Assembly (NCBI GenBank): GCA_003645645.1
Contig: QNBH01000002.1
Coordinates: forward strand, 1-57,650
Source: Spirochaetota bacterium
GTDB taxonomy: Bacteria; Spirochaetota; Spirochaetia; SPDA01; B32-G16
Direction of reading: 5' to 3'
DNA length: 57,650 bases
Shown here piece after piece: positions 20,603 to 30,613 of the stretch. Numbering within the stretch: the first letter of the stretch is position 1; each line of letters opens with the position of its first letter. The translations under genes and the position numbers were made by a program. Under the pieces are notes generated by a model. The model saw only the letters and a program-made list of their open reading frames with translations. It ran no database searches and had not been told where the DNA came from.

Positions 20603-21613
20603 ATGAACCCTACCATAAAAGATGTTGCAAGGCTTGCAAATGTATCCTACTCCACCGTATCACGTGCACTGGCAAACAGGCCCGGTGTGAATGAGGCTAC
20701 CCGCTGTAAGATCATCCGTGCGGCTGAAGAGCTAAATTACAGGCCAAACGCTATTGCCCGGGGTCTTGTGAGGGGGCAGACTCTTTCCATGGGGCTAATT
20801 ATTCCCGACATTACAAACCCCTTTTTCCCGGAAGTCCACCGTGGCATAGAAGATGGAGCGAGAGAGAGTGGATACAGTGTGTTTCTCTGCAATACCAACT
20901 GGGAGAGGGAGAGAGAAACCCACTACATCAACCTTCTTATAGAAAAAAGGGTCGACGGAATAATAATTGCCCCCATCTCGGATACTGTTGATAAGATAGA
21001 GGAGGAGTTAAAGAGTAACATTCCCGTAGTTTATGTGAGTAATTTACCCCCCAAAACAGATAGAAGTTGTGTGGCAATAGACAATATAAGAGGAGGTTTC
21101 CTGGCAACAAAGCACCTTATAGAGTCCGGTTACAGAGAAATCGGGTTTATCGGAGCACCGGAAGGCTCCTTTTCCATTGACCAGAGGCTGGAGGGCTACA
21201 AGCTTGCCTTCCGAAAATACGGGATGAAACTGGATCAAAGATTTATCTGTTTCGGTGATTTTAAAAGAGAAACGGGTTATAGAATAATCAAAAGAATGAT
21301 AGAGGAGGGTATCTATCCCAGGGCTATCTTTGCAGAGAATGACCTCATGGCCCTGGGAGTTCTCCAGGGGGTAAAGGAGTCGGGGTTATCTGTTCCTGGT
21401 GATATTGCCGTGGTTGGATTCGATGACATTCCCTTTGCCTCGTTCCCCGAAGTTCAGCTTACCACTATCAGGCAACCGAAGTACGAAATGGGTAAAATGG
21501 CCGTCCAACTGCTTTTAAACGATATAAGGGCTTCGAATAACGGCTTGAGGAAAGAGCTAAGCTGCCGCAAAATTATTCTGGAGCCGGAATTGATTGTGAG
21601 AAAGACAGGATAG
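20603..21613 (+). CDS. LacI-family repressor, probable regulator of the iol genes
   Basis: TIKDVARLANVSYSTVSRAL, YRPNAIARGL, VVGFDD and LTTIRQP motifs. Confidence 0.95.
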   Translation: MNPTIKDVARLANVSYSTVSRALANRPGVNEATRCKIIRAAEELNYRPNAIARGLVRGQTLSMGLIIPDITNPFFPEVHRGIEDGARESGYSVFLCNTNWERERETHYINLLIEKRVDGIIIAPISDTVDKIEEELKSNIPVVYVSNLPPKTDRSCVAIDNIRGGFLATKHLIESGYREIGFIGAPEGSFSIDQRLEGYKLAFRKYGMKLDQRFICFGDFKRETGYRIIKRMIEEGIYPRAIFAENDLMALGVLQGVKESGLSVPGDIAVVGFDDIPFASFPEVQLTTIRQPKYEMGKMAVQLLLNDIRASNNGLRKELSCRKIILEPELIVRKTG

Positions 21614-21665
21614 GGGAATGGAGTTGGGTAATACACCGCCCAACAGTTCGGGCGGCCATGCATCA

Positions 21666-21703
21666 CTAAAATATTTTTGCAAACGTTTGCAAAAATATTT
21701 TAG
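21666..21703. promoter_or_regulatory. LacI-type operator inside a perfect 38-bp palindrome
   Basis: CTAAAATATTTTTGCAAAC|GTTTGCAAAAATATTTTAG; same core as 20576-20587. Confidence 0.8.
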
Positions 21704-21834
21704 ATTTATAAGAAACAGAAGGTTTCCCCATGATGCAGAACATGACAAGGGGAGCCTTAACTGAGGGCCGTCCCTTTAAGAATCGAAGGCTTTGAGGGAT
21801 AGGCCAATAAATTGCCAGAAGGAGGATAAACGAT

Positions 21835-23031
21835 ATGGCAGAAAAGATGAAAGCGGTAAGGCTTTACGCCGATTGGGATCCGAAGCCTGATTTTAAACTG
21901 GGTCCCAAAGACATTGACGGCAGGCAAACCTACCTTGGAAGCAAGGTCTGGAGAAATCCAAAGATAAAAATAGAAGAGGTGGATGTTCCCAGACCCGGAG
22001 TCGGGCAGGTACTCCTTGAGGTAAAAAGATGTGGAATCTGCGGAAGTGATGTGCACATGGCACAGCCCGATGAGCAGGGTTACATCTGGTACCCCGGACT
22101 TACCGGTTTCCCCTGTACACTTGGGCACGAGCTATCCGGTATTGTAAGAGAGGCAGGAGCGGATGCATATGATAAGCAGACAAATAAACCCTTCAAGGGA
22201 GGAGAATGGGTCTGCACCGAAGAGATGCTGTGGTGTGGTACATGCCAGCCCTGTGCCGATGGATGGCCCAATCACTGCGAGAGGCTCGATGAGATTGGCT
22301 TTAATGTGGACGGCGGATTCGCCAAATATATCGTACTTCCCGCCAAGACCCTTTGGAGTCTCGATTCTCTGAAAGAGAAATACAGCGAGGAGGATGTGTT
22401 TAAACTCGGGAGCCTTGTGGAACCTACAAGTGTGGCCTACAATGCAATGATAGAGAGAGGAGGAGGTATTCGGCCGGGAGACAATGTGGTTATTTGCGGC
22501 GGAGGCCCGATCGGACTCGCTGCATGTGCTATAATGAAACGACAGGGTGCTGCAAGGGTTATACTTTCCGAACCCGAGAAGGCCCGGGCCGAAGTCGGTA
22601 TAAAGCTGGGAGCAGATTATATTGTCGATCCCGTTAAAACAAGCCTATCCGAGGAAGTGCTAAAAATTACCAAAGGCATGGGAGCTGCGATTTATCTGGA
22701 AGCCTCGGGCTTACCAATAAAGGTTTATCCGGAGATCGAGAAGTGTATCTGGGAAGGAAGAACACTTAACAGCACAATAGTGGTTGTAGCCAGAGCTGAG
22801 GCAAAAATGCCTGTAACAGGGGAAGTTCTTCAAGTACGCAGGGCAAGGATGGTAGGAGCACAGGGACATTCCGGTCATGGCACATTTCCCAGGGTAATCG
22901 AATCGATGGCAACCGGAATGAATATGCTGCCTATGATCACAAAAGAGATAACCCTTGAGGAGGTGCCTGAGAATATTGTAATGCTCAGAACCGACCGCAA
23001 GGAATGTAAAATAAGTTGCAGAATGGATTAA
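21835..23031 (+). CDS. iolM: Zinc-dependent dehydrogenase, scyllo-inosose 3-dehydrogenase-like
   Basis: CGICGSD, GHE and the structural zinc motif CGTCQPC..C; N-terminus with YLGSKVWRNP as recalled for IolM; synteny with iolN/O/G. Confidence 0.8.
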   Translation: MAEKMKAVRLYADWDPKPDFKLGPKDIDGRQTYLGSKVWRNPKIKIEEVDVPRPGVGQVLLEVKRCGICGSDVHMAQPDEQGYIWYPGLTGFPCTLGHELSGIVREAGADAYDKQTNKPFKGGEWVCTEEMLWCGTCQPCADGWPNHCERLDEIGFNVDGGFAKYIVLPAKTLWSLDSLKEKYSEEDVFKLGSLVEPTSVAYNAMIERGGGIRPGDNVVICGGGPIGLAACAIMKRQGAARVILSEPEKARAEVGIKLGADYIVDPVKTSLSEEVLKITKGMGAAIYLEASGLPIKVYPEIEKCIWEGRTLNSTIVVVARAEAKMPVTGEVLQVRRARMVGAQGHSGHGTFPRVIESMATGMNMLPMITKEITLEEVPENIVMLRTDRKECKISCRMD

Positions 23032-23058
23032 TTAATTTACACTACAAGGAGCTGAATA

Positions 23059-24177
23059 ATGGCTAAGGAAAAAATGAAGTTTCTAACGACCGATCATCCC
23101 CTCATTATATTCGAGGACAACGAGGTGGGAAGGCTTAAAAAGGAAATCTTCGATGCATCGGAAGATAAGATCGATAAAATCCTCAAAGACTACGAGGTTC
23201 CCTCGGACTCGGAGCTGGGTAAAGCAGGTTGTTACATTCAAACAACGCCGAGAGCCAGGTGTATCGAGAAGAGAAAGAAGAATGACATTGTGCTGGTTCC
23301 AGTGGGCACGACCGAAAACCATGGAATGCATGCAAACTCCGGACTCGACACCTTTATGGCAACCCAGATCTGCGAGGCGGTCAGAAGATACACTGAAAAG
23401 AAAGGTTACGAAGTCAATCTGGCATCTCCACCTCTTAACTACGGAGGTCATCCATACCATCACCTAGGAATGCCCGGAACAATTATGCTTCCACAGGAAG
23501 TGGTGGTGGAAACACTTATATACACGATGCTTGGGCTCTGGAACGACGGTTACAGAAAAATTATAATAGTAAACAATCATGGTCAGCTCTGGATGCTTGA
23601 GACGGCACTACATGAGTTCTGTAAGAGGTTTCAACTTCCCGGAATATACCGGGTGATGGACTGGCACAGGTGTGTGCGAGAGTTCTTCATCCCCATAGAC
23701 CGTGAAGACAGCCTGGAGACTACATTCGTTCATGCAGACGAGAGCGAGACTTCCGTGGGATTACTCCTTTTCCCGGAGATGATCGATATGGACGAGGCCG
23801 TGGATGCCTCCGGAGAAGGTTTCCTTCCGGATGGGCACTTCGACACATCCGTTGACCCATGGAGAAGACCCCACAAATGGTCCGAAGGAGAAGGCCATAC
23901 TGCGATTGAGAGAAAGGCAACACCGGAGGGTGTGGTTGGCAAACCTACCCTATCCTCTGCAAGAAAGGCTAAAAGACCTATAGCAGCAATCCTTTGTTAT
24001 ATCACCCTGGTAATTGAGCAGATACTGGATAAATATCCTCCCGGAAAGCTTCCTCCGGTAGAGAAAACCACTCTCCGTGATCCCGATTCACTTAAGCCTT
24101 TCCTCAAAGAACCGCTATCACCAGGCTGGAAATCGGTATTTGAGTTACCATTGATAGGCCCCTTTACCAAGGGATAA
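23059..24177 (+). CDS. iolN: Creatininase-family hydrolase, 3-dehydro-scyllo-inosose hydrolase-like
   Basis: PVGTTENHG..GLD, NNHG, HADESETS and PEGVVG motifs; synteny. Confidence 0.8.
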   Translation: MAKEKMKFLTTDHPLIIFEDNEVGRLKKEIFDASEDKIDKILKDYEVPSDSELGKAGCYIQTTPRARCIEKRKKNDIVLVPVGTTENHGMHANSGLDTFMATQICEAVRRYTEKKGYEVNLASPPLNYGGHPYHHLGMPGTIMLPQEVVVETLIYTMLGLWNDGYRKIIIVNNHGQLWMLETALHEFCKRFQLPGIYRVMDWHRCVREFFIPIDREDSLETTFVHADESETSVGLLLFPEMIDMDEAVDASGEGFLPDGHFDTSVDPWRRPHKWSEGEGHTAIERKATPEGVVGKPTLSSARKAKRPIAAILCYITLVIEQILDKYPPGKLPPVEKTTLRDPDSLKPFLKEPLSPGWKSVFELPLIGPFTKG

Positions 24178-24189
24178 TTTTAAGGGGAG

Positions 24190-25011
24190 TTGTTGAATAT
24201 GGAAAAAGAGAGTTATCGGTTTCCCCTTTCGGTACAACTCGTTCTCCCGGATGATTACCGGGAGAACGATGTATTTAAAAGACAGTTGGAAATCTTAAAG
24301 AGTTTGGGATTCAGCGGTGTAGAGTTAAACATTGAAAATCCAGGGAATGTGGTTCTTGCGGATATAATCCGGTTTCTTAAAAGTTACAATCTACGTTTCT
24401 CCATGTTTGCATCGGGGCTTACGGCGAAAACCTTAAATCTTTCACTTTCTGCCGCGGATGAGGGAGAACGAAGGAGGGCGGTTGAGGAATGCAGGGCCGT
24501 AGTGGATTTTCTTGCAAACACTAAAATACCTGTTATTATGGGTTATATAAAGGGTCCCGGAGTACCATACAGAGACCGGGCGGTGGAGCAGTTTAAAAAA
24601 TCCCTCAAAGAGCTCGCTCCCTATGCAAAGATGAAGGAGGTAACCCTCATCGTAGAGGCAACTAACAGGTATGAAACCCCTGTGGCAAACTCTCTTAAAG
24701 AGGCGGTTGAGATTGTCCGTGAAGCAGGAAACCGTTTTACCAGAGTATTACCGGATACCTTCCACATGAACATAGAAGAGGCGGATATGTTTTCTGCTTT
24801 AAAGGAATGCAGGGATTACTACAACCACCTGCATCTCTCCGATAACAACAGGTTTTTTCCGGGGTTGGGGGCTATAGATTTTAGAAGGATAGTTGATTTT
24901 ATCAAGGAGATGGATTACAGAGGCTCTCTGGCCATAGAGGGAAACATAAAAAACTCCTTTGAAGAAGATATAAAGGAAAGCATGGAGTATCTTGCACCCC
25001 TACTAAAATAG
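24190..25011 (+). CDS. iolO: Xylose-isomerase-like TIM-barrel epimerase, 5-keto-L-gluconate epimerase-like
   Basis: EATNRYET, DTFHMNIEE and HLSDNNR.FPG.G motifs; synteny. Confidence 0.72.
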   Translation: MLNMEKESYRFPLSVQLVLPDDYRENDVFKRQLEILKSLGFSGVELNIENPGNVVLADIIRFLKSYNLRFSMFASGLTAKTLNLSLSAADEGERRRAVEECRAVVDFLANTKIPVIMGYIKGPGVPYRDRAVEQFKKSLKELAPYAKMKEVTLIVEATNRYETPVANSLKEAVEIVREAGNRFTRVLPDTFHMNIEEADMFSALKECRDYYNHLHLSDNNRFFPGLGAIDFRRIVDFIKEMDYRGSLAIEGNIKNSFEEDIKESMEYLAPLLK

Positions 25012-25168
25012 TTTAACATAACCCGGGGAGTAACATCGAAGAGAAAAGACGCCACATCTGTAGGGGCAAAAAAGCTTCTGAAAGGTCTCCGCGATTCTTT
25101 CTGAGAACCAGAACGGTAAAAATTCTCCCCTCACCGGGGATGAATTAAATTTCAGGAGGAGGAATACA

Positions 25169-26188
25169 ATGAAGTCAAAAATAAATGTAGGAATAATTGG
25201 GGCCGGCCGTATTGGTCAGCTCCATGCAGAGAATCTTACAAACCGGATAAGGGGGGTAAGAGTTGCTGCAATTACAGATATAAACATAGAAGCTGCCCGA
25301 AAATGCGCTTCTCGACTCGAAATTCCTCAAGCAGACAGTGATTACAGACGAGTCATGGATAACCCCGATGTGGATGCCGTTATTATATGTTCCAGTACAG
25401 ACACTCATGCCGGGTTTATCGAAGAAGCCGCAGAAACCGGTAAACATATTTTCTGCGAAAAGCCCATAGCGCTCGACCTCCCGGAAATAGACAGAGCTCT
25501 CACGGCAGTGAAGAAAGCCGGAGTGAAGCTCCAGGTAGGTTTTAACCGCCGTTTCGATCCAAATTTTAGCAGAATTCGAGAACTTATTGCAGAGGGCAGG
25601 ATAGGAGAACCTCACATACTGCGGATTACAAGCAGAGATCCGGCTCCTCCACCCATTGAATATGTAAAAGTCTCAGGAGGGCTCTTCCTCGATATGACCA
25701 TACACGATTTCGATATGGCTCGTTTCTTAATAGGTAGTGAAGTGGATGAGGTTTCCGCAATCGGAGGGGTGATGATAGATCAGGAGATAGGAAAGGCGGG
25801 AGATATAGATACCGCCATAACAAATCTCATGTTTGAAAACGGAGTTATGGGTACCATTGACAACAGCAGGAAAGCGGTTTACGGTTATGACCAGAGAGTG
25901 GAGGTCTTCGGTTCTGCAGGTATGCTCACTGCAGAAAATGAAACTCCCAACAGGGTGGCACTGAGTACCGGAGAGGCGGTAATCCAGGATCTACCCCTAT
26001 ATTTCTTTCTGGAAAGGTACCAGGAATCCTACATAAGGGAGATGCAGGAGTTTATTAACTGTATCGTCGACGATAGAGATCCGCCCGTAAGCGGGGAAGA
26101 TGGGAGGATGCCTGTTGTGATTGGAAAGGCAGCCATGCTATCTTTCAAGGAGAGGCGTCCTGTTAAACTCGCAGAGATAAGCGGTTAG
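25169..26188 (+). CDS. iolG: myo-inositol 2-dehydrogenase
   Basis: GAGRIG, CEKP, GFNRRFD, SRDP, DMTIHDFD and YGYDQR motifs. Confidence 0.93.
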   Translation: MKSKINVGIIGAGRIGQLHAENLTNRIRGVRVAAITDINIEAARKCASRLEIPQADSDYRRVMDNPDVDAVIICSSTDTHAGFIEEAAETGKHIFCEKPIALDLPEIDRALTAVKKAGVKLQVGFNRRFDPNFSRIRELIAEGRIGEPHILRITSRDPAPPPIEYVKVSGGLFLDMTIHDFDMARFLIGSEVDEVSAIGGVMIDQEIGKAGDIDTAITNLMFENGVMGTIDNSRKAVYGYDQRVEVFGSAGMLTAENETPNRVALSTGEAVIQDLPLYFFLERYQESYIREMQEFINCIVDDRDPPVSGEDGRMPVVIGKAAMLSFKERRPVKLAEISG

Positions 26189-26322
26189 CTCTACCAAAGG
26201 GGCTCAGCCTCCCCGGCAGAGCCGGCAAGAAGCAGCATAATTACTCGATACTGTTCCCATGTGCCGGCCGATCCCAAGGTTATATTTGGGTTGTGTCGTA
26301 AAATCTAACAGAGTACAGAACC

Positions 26323-27489
26323 ATGGATAACAAAGTATTTGCCATACGGTGCAGCAATTACGAAGAAGCCGAGGAGAGGTTAAGCCTGTTGATAGAAAGG
26401 ATGGGCGGAATGGGAAGCTTTGTATCCGCAGGGGAAAGAATAATACTTAAAGTTAACCTGCTTCGTCCCGCTAGACCGGAAGAGGCGGTTACCCCCCATC
26501 CCGAGGTTGTAAAAGGTGTAGGAAAACTTGTAAAAGATAGCGGGGCTCTTCCTGCCATTGCAGACAGCCCAGGTTCCGGCTATCCCTATACAGTGAACAT
26601 CTTAAGAAGAGCCTATCGGAAGAGCGGCATGAATGCAGTATCGAGCGAAATAGGGTGTGTGCTAAACCTTGATACGGATTGGGAGGTTGTCTCCTTTCCG
26701 GAGGGAGAACTAATAAAAAGGTTTGAAATAATAAAGCCCGTCTTACAGGCAGATGGGCTTATAAACATCTGTAAGCTTAAAACCCATGAGTTTATGGGCT
26801 TAACCGGTGCGGTTAAAAACCTCTTCGGAGTGGTTCCCGGACTGGCAAAACCGGGCTATCATGCAAAACTGCACGACCCCGATCTTTTTGCCGGAATGCT
26901 TCTGGATCTGGCGGAGTTTATCTTGCCTGCTCTTTCCGTAATGGATACTGTAGTGGCCATGGAAGGCCACGGTCCGGGTTCGGGCGATCCAAGGCATGTG
27001 GGATTTCTCCTTGCTTCGACAAATCCATTGGCGTTGGATGTTGTTGCCGGAGAGATAATCGGCCTTCCCTACGAAAACAACCCCCTTCTCAAAGAGGCGG
27101 AGAAGAGGGGGCTTTCCCCTACGAGACTTAAAGATGTAGATCTTGTGGGAGCAAACCCTTCCGAGCTTAAAGTACCCAATTTTAAACTTCCATCCTCATT
27201 TGCCCCGGGTTCGGGGCTCGGACAATCCCCCTGGCTGCGCAGATTGCTTGAGAATCTGTTAAAGAACAGCATGTCGGTTAAGCCTGAAATACAGAAAGAA
27301 ACCTGTACCGCCTGTGGCATCTGTGCAACGGCCTGTCCCATGGAAGCCATAACCATGGAGAACAGAAGTTATGCCCGTATTGACCACGGCGAGTGCATAC
27401 GCTGTTACTGCTGTCATGAGATGTGCCCCGAGAAGGCAATCGAGCTTAAACACGGTTTCCTCTATCGGAAAATAATAGGAGATAAATAG
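26323..27489 (+). CDS. DUF362 protein with a C-terminal 2x[4Fe-4S] ferredoxin domain
   Basis: LKVNLL, KLKTH, TGAVKNLFG and MEG.GP motifs; CTACGICATACP and CIRCYCCHEMCP. Confidence 0.9.
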   Translation: MDNKVFAIRCSNYEEAEERLSLLIERMGGMGSFVSAGERIILKVNLLRPARPEEAVTPHPEVVKGVGKLVKDSGALPAIADSPGSGYPYTVNILRRAYRKSGMNAVSSEIGCVLNLDTDWEVVSFPEGELIKRFEIIKPVLQADGLINICKLKTHEFMGLTGAVKNLFGVVPGLAKPGYHAKLHDPDLFAGMLLDLAEFILPALSVMDTVVAMEGHGPGSGDPRHVGFLLASTNPLALDVVAGEIIGLPYENNPLLKEAEKRGLSPTRLKDVDLVGANPSELKVPNFKLPSSFAPGSGLGQSPWLRRLLENLLKNSMSVKPEIQKETCTACGICATACPMEAITMENRSYARIDHGECIRCYCCHEMCPEKAIELKHGFLYRKIIGDK

Positions 27490-27539
27490 CAAGGTACCCG
27501 AAACCCTTAAAGAACTCTCCCGAAACCCTTAAGTTTGCC

Positions 27540-27679
27540 GCGTGTGGAAGGCCTTTCTTTAAGCTGATAATAAGCCACCCCTCAACTACCTCTTTTAGAT
27601 TTTTCCTGCACTCTTCAAGGGTCTTTCCGGTAGCATAAATCCCTTGTAAAAGCTTTATTTCACCGTAATAAGGTTCATC
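27540..27679 (-). pseudogene. HicB-family antitoxin fragment, N-terminus lost
   Basis: The minus strand reads DEPYYGEIKLLQGIYATGKTLEECRKNLKEVVEGWLIISLKKGLP. It is not in the ORF track and abuts the transposase remnant. Confidence 0.75.
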
Positions 27680-27683
27680 TTAC

Positions 27684-28128
27684 ACCTCCCTTTCGGCCGA
27701 AGAGGTGACGTTGCAGTACAAGCAGTTGTGGATGGTGGAGCAGGCCTTTCGAACAGTAAAGAGTGTGCTTGAGACAAGGCCTATTTATGATAGATAAATG
27801 TGATGAGAACATCCGCGGCCATGTTTTCTGCGGTTTTTTGGCCTTGGTGCTGATGAAAGAGTTGTATGCACGTCTGGAAGAGAAAGGCAGCCTCTGTGAA
27901 GGGGATGAGCTACACAGGGACTTTAAGTTTCTAGGCCGGACTTTTTATGCCCGAGTACTACACCTCTGTAAGTGGGATGATGTACGAAGGGACTTGCAGG
28001 CATTACGTGAAGGTAAGCTTCAGATGAACGGGCAGGAGTATTATATGCGCACTGAGCTTCGGGGAACCTGTGCAGAGGTGTTTCGGATTTCCGGAGCAGC
28101 AATACCGCCACGGGTACGACAACAATAG
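27684..28128 (+). mobile_element. IS1634-like DDE transposase C-terminal remnant, frameshifted
   Basis: LSAEEVTLQYKQLWMVEQAFRTVKSVLETRPIY, then a shift at GATAGATA, then KCDENIRGHVFCGFLALVL...RTELRG...GAAIPP. Confidence 0.8.
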
Positions 28129-28234
28129 GTATTTTTGAGTAACAAACCTGCCTTTCCAAACAGGCACAACCAACGAAAGTCGGTGAACATATTTCGACAA
28201 ACTGGAAAAAAACCTTTTACCGACCAAATAACCC

Positions 28235-28263
28235 TTGACAACTCAGGAAGACGGGGATATAAT
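28235..28263 (+). promoter_or_regulatory. Consensus sigma70 promoter
   Basis: TTGACA-N17-TATAAT. Confidence 0.85.
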
Positions 28264-28280
28264 TTTAGTACTTTGTCATT

Positions 28281-28300
28281 ATGATATACCAATATATCAT
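28281..28300. promoter_or_regulatory. Candidate repressor operator
   Basis: Inverted repeat ATGATATA-CCAA-TATATCAT just downstream of the promoter. Confidence 0.5.
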
Positions 28301-28325
28301 ATTAAATCATTTTTAAGGAGGAATT

Positions 28326-29648
28326 ATGAAGAAGGTAGTGCACTTTATGGTGGTGCTTCTTGCCGGATTGCTATTTACTGCTGGGCTTTTTGCAGCAGGC
28401 GAGAAGGAAGCAAAGGTTGCAGAGGGGGTTACAATCAAGGTTATCAATCAGGAGAGGTGGGCTCCCTATGTGGAGAAGGCAGTGGAGAAATGGAATGCAG
28501 CCAACCCCGACAAAAAAGTGGTTCTGGATCAACTGGTTTTGGGCTATCCCCAACTGCGCCAGAAAATTGCAACCGCTGCTGCGGGAGGAATGGCACCAGA
28601 CTTTTCTCTGATCGATTCGGTATGGGTTGCCGAGTTTGCCAATGCCGGTTTTCTCATGCCCCTCGATGAGATCGATCCCACATGGGTGGAAAATGACTAC
28701 AACAAGGATTTCTATCCGGTCTTTGTAGAGGGTGATTCTTTCGATGGGCAGCCGTATGGAATTCACAGTCAGACAGATATGGCCTTGATCTGGTACAGGA
28801 AGGACTGGTTTAGCTCGGAGGGGATAAAGGCACCCGAAACATGGGAAGAACTTGTAAGGGCGGTACAGCACTTTCAGCAACCACAGGTAAGACGGAAATA
28901 CGGAATGGGCGAATATGCCTTTGCCTTCCCTGCAGGGCTTAAGGCTGCGGAAACTGTAACCTACCAGCTTACCCCCTTTATCTGGTCTAATGGTGGGGAT
29001 GTGTTTCGTAACAACACGGTTGTGCTTAACAGCTCAACTACCGTTGCCGCTATTAAGCTGCTTTCCGATTTTGTGAACATGTATAAAGCGGTATCTCCTG
29101 AATGTATCGCCTATGAATGGAACACCGCCCTCAAGCTTATGGGTACCGGACAGGTTGCCCTCTCTGTAGGCGGAAGTTACGAAGGTTCCATGATAAAAGA
29201 GGCTGCCGGCTGGGATGATGCAACATTCAGGGAGAAGGTAGGTTTTGTGCCGATTCCTGCCGGTCCAAACGGTGAACAGGCAACAACTGCGGGAGGCATG
29301 GCCTATGCAATTTACCGTCAATCGAAGAATCCGGAGCTTGCGCTGGAAATACTTAAACTTACCACAGGGCCGGAGCTCATGTATGAGTTCTGTGCTTCTA
29401 CAGGACAGAATCCGCCCCGCATCTCTGTAGTTAATAAGCTCGATCAACAGAAAGACTGGCTTCTGGTAGAGACATCGGATATGCTTTACAATGCTCGTGT
29501 AAGGCCTATAATCCCGGAGTATGCCAAAGTATCGGAGCAATTACAGAGGATGGTAGAAAATGCCGTATCCGGAAAGGCAACTCCTGAAGAGGCAGTAGCG
29601 GAAGCTGCAAAAAATATCTCCGTTATTACGGGGTTACCTCTTAAGTAA
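28326..29648 (+). CDS. Carbohydrate ABC transporter substrate-binding protein (CUT1)
   Basis: Signal peptide; APDFSLID, YRKDWF..GIKAPETWEEL and GFVPIP motifs. Confidence 0.92.
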   Translation: MKKVVHFMVVLLAGLLFTAGLFAAGEKEAKVAEGVTIKVINQERWAPYVEKAVEKWNAANPDKKVVLDQLVLGYPQLRQKIATAAAGGMAPDFSLIDSVWVAEFANAGFLMPLDEIDPTWVENDYNKDFYPVFVEGDSFDGQPYGIHSQTDMALIWYRKDWFSSEGIKAPETWEELVRAVQHFQQPQVRRKYGMGEYAFAFPAGLKAAETVTYQLTPFIWSNGGDVFRNNTVVLNSSTTVAAIKLLSDFVNMYKAVSPECIAYEWNTALKLMGTGQVALSVGGSYEGSMIKEAAGWDDATFREKVGFVPIPAGPNGEQATTAGGMAYAIYRQSKNPELALEILKLTTGPELMYEFCASTGQNPPRISVVNKLDQQKDWLLVETSDMLYNARVRPIIPEYAKVSEQLQRMVENAVSGKATPEEAVAEAAKNISVITGLPLK

Positions 29649-29680
29649 ACCAGGCATTCACCTGCAGAGCCGTTTGCTTG

Positions 29681-29715
29681 AATCCCCCTTTGCCCGGTTA
29701 ACGGCGAAGGGGGTT
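29681..29715 (+). terminator. Stem-loop after the SBP gene
   Basis: AATCCCCCTTTGCC...GGCGAAGGGGGTT followed by T-rich sequence. Confidence 0.55.
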
Positions 29716-29743
29716 GGCTTCTTTTGTGCATGCGGAGAAAGCG

Positions 29744-30613
29744 ATGAAAAAAACACCAATTCTTCTGATGCTTCTTGCACTCTTAATACTGGCAGCGTTT
29801 TCCATCTATCCGGTTTTTAACGCTTTCCGCTTGAGTCTTTTCGACATGGGACTTCTCCAGAGAGAAGTTACATTCGTGGGATTAAAAAATTATTCGGTTC
29901 TGTTAAGCGATCCACTTTTTTACAACTCCCTTAAGGCGACTCTTTTATTTGCAGGAGGTAGTGTGGCTATTCAGTACTTCCTGGGGCTGTTTCTGGCCAC
30001 TCTTTTAAGCACCCAGGATCTCAAGGGGATTCGCTTTTTCCGTTCATCCTTTATACTTCCCTATACGCTTTCCGAGCTTGTGGTTGCACTGGTATGGCTT
30101 CATATTTATGACAGCAATTTCGGAGTCTTGAACGGCTTTGTCAACGCCCTTGGGGTTCCCGTTCAAAGATGGCTCTTCGACTGGGCTATGCCTGCAGTAA
30201 TCGTGGCCAACTGCTGGTGGGGGAGTACCTTTTCCATGCTTCTGCTGGAATCCGCCATGAAGGGGATTCCAGCTGAGCTCTACGAGGCTGCAAAGGTGGA
30301 TGGAGCAAGTGGATTACAACAGTTTTTTAAAATTACCCTTCCCAGCCTCCATTATGTATCGATGCTTAATCTTATAATGATAACTCTTCTTACGATCAAT
30401 GCCTTCGGCATTGTATTTGTTCTTACTTTCGGAGGTCCTCAAAATGCAACGGATGTTATCGGCATGTACATGTGGCGCAATGCCTTTCGATTTATGGATC
30501 TGGGTTACGGGGCGACCCTGGCCGTGGTGATTTTTATCTTTAACATTATTATTACCCTGCTCTATATACGGGTTTTCGGAAAGGAGACCCTTAAAGGGAG
30601 TGTTTCGAAATGA
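29744..30613 (+). CDS. Carbohydrate ABC permease (MalF-like)
   Basis: FVGLKNY and the EAA motif LYEAAKVDGAS. Confidence 0.93.
   Translation: MKKTPILLMLLALLILAAFSIYPVFNAFRLSLFDMGLLQREVTFVGLKNYSVLLSDPLFYNSLKATLLFAGGSVAIQYFLGLFLATLLSTQDLKGIRFFRSSFILPYTLSELVVALVWLHIYDSNFGVLNGFVNALGVPVQRWLFDWAMPAVIVANCWWGSTFSMLLLESAMKGIPAELYEAAKVDGASGLQQFFKITLPSLHYVSMLNLIMITLLTINAFGIVFVLTFGGPQNATDVIGMYMWRNAFRFMDLGYGATLAVVIFIFNIIITLLYIRVFGKETLKGSVSK

Noticed and set aside
25020-25145. Possible structured RNA between iolO and iolG
   Set aside because: Only short terminal complementarity and no recognisable riboswitch motif.
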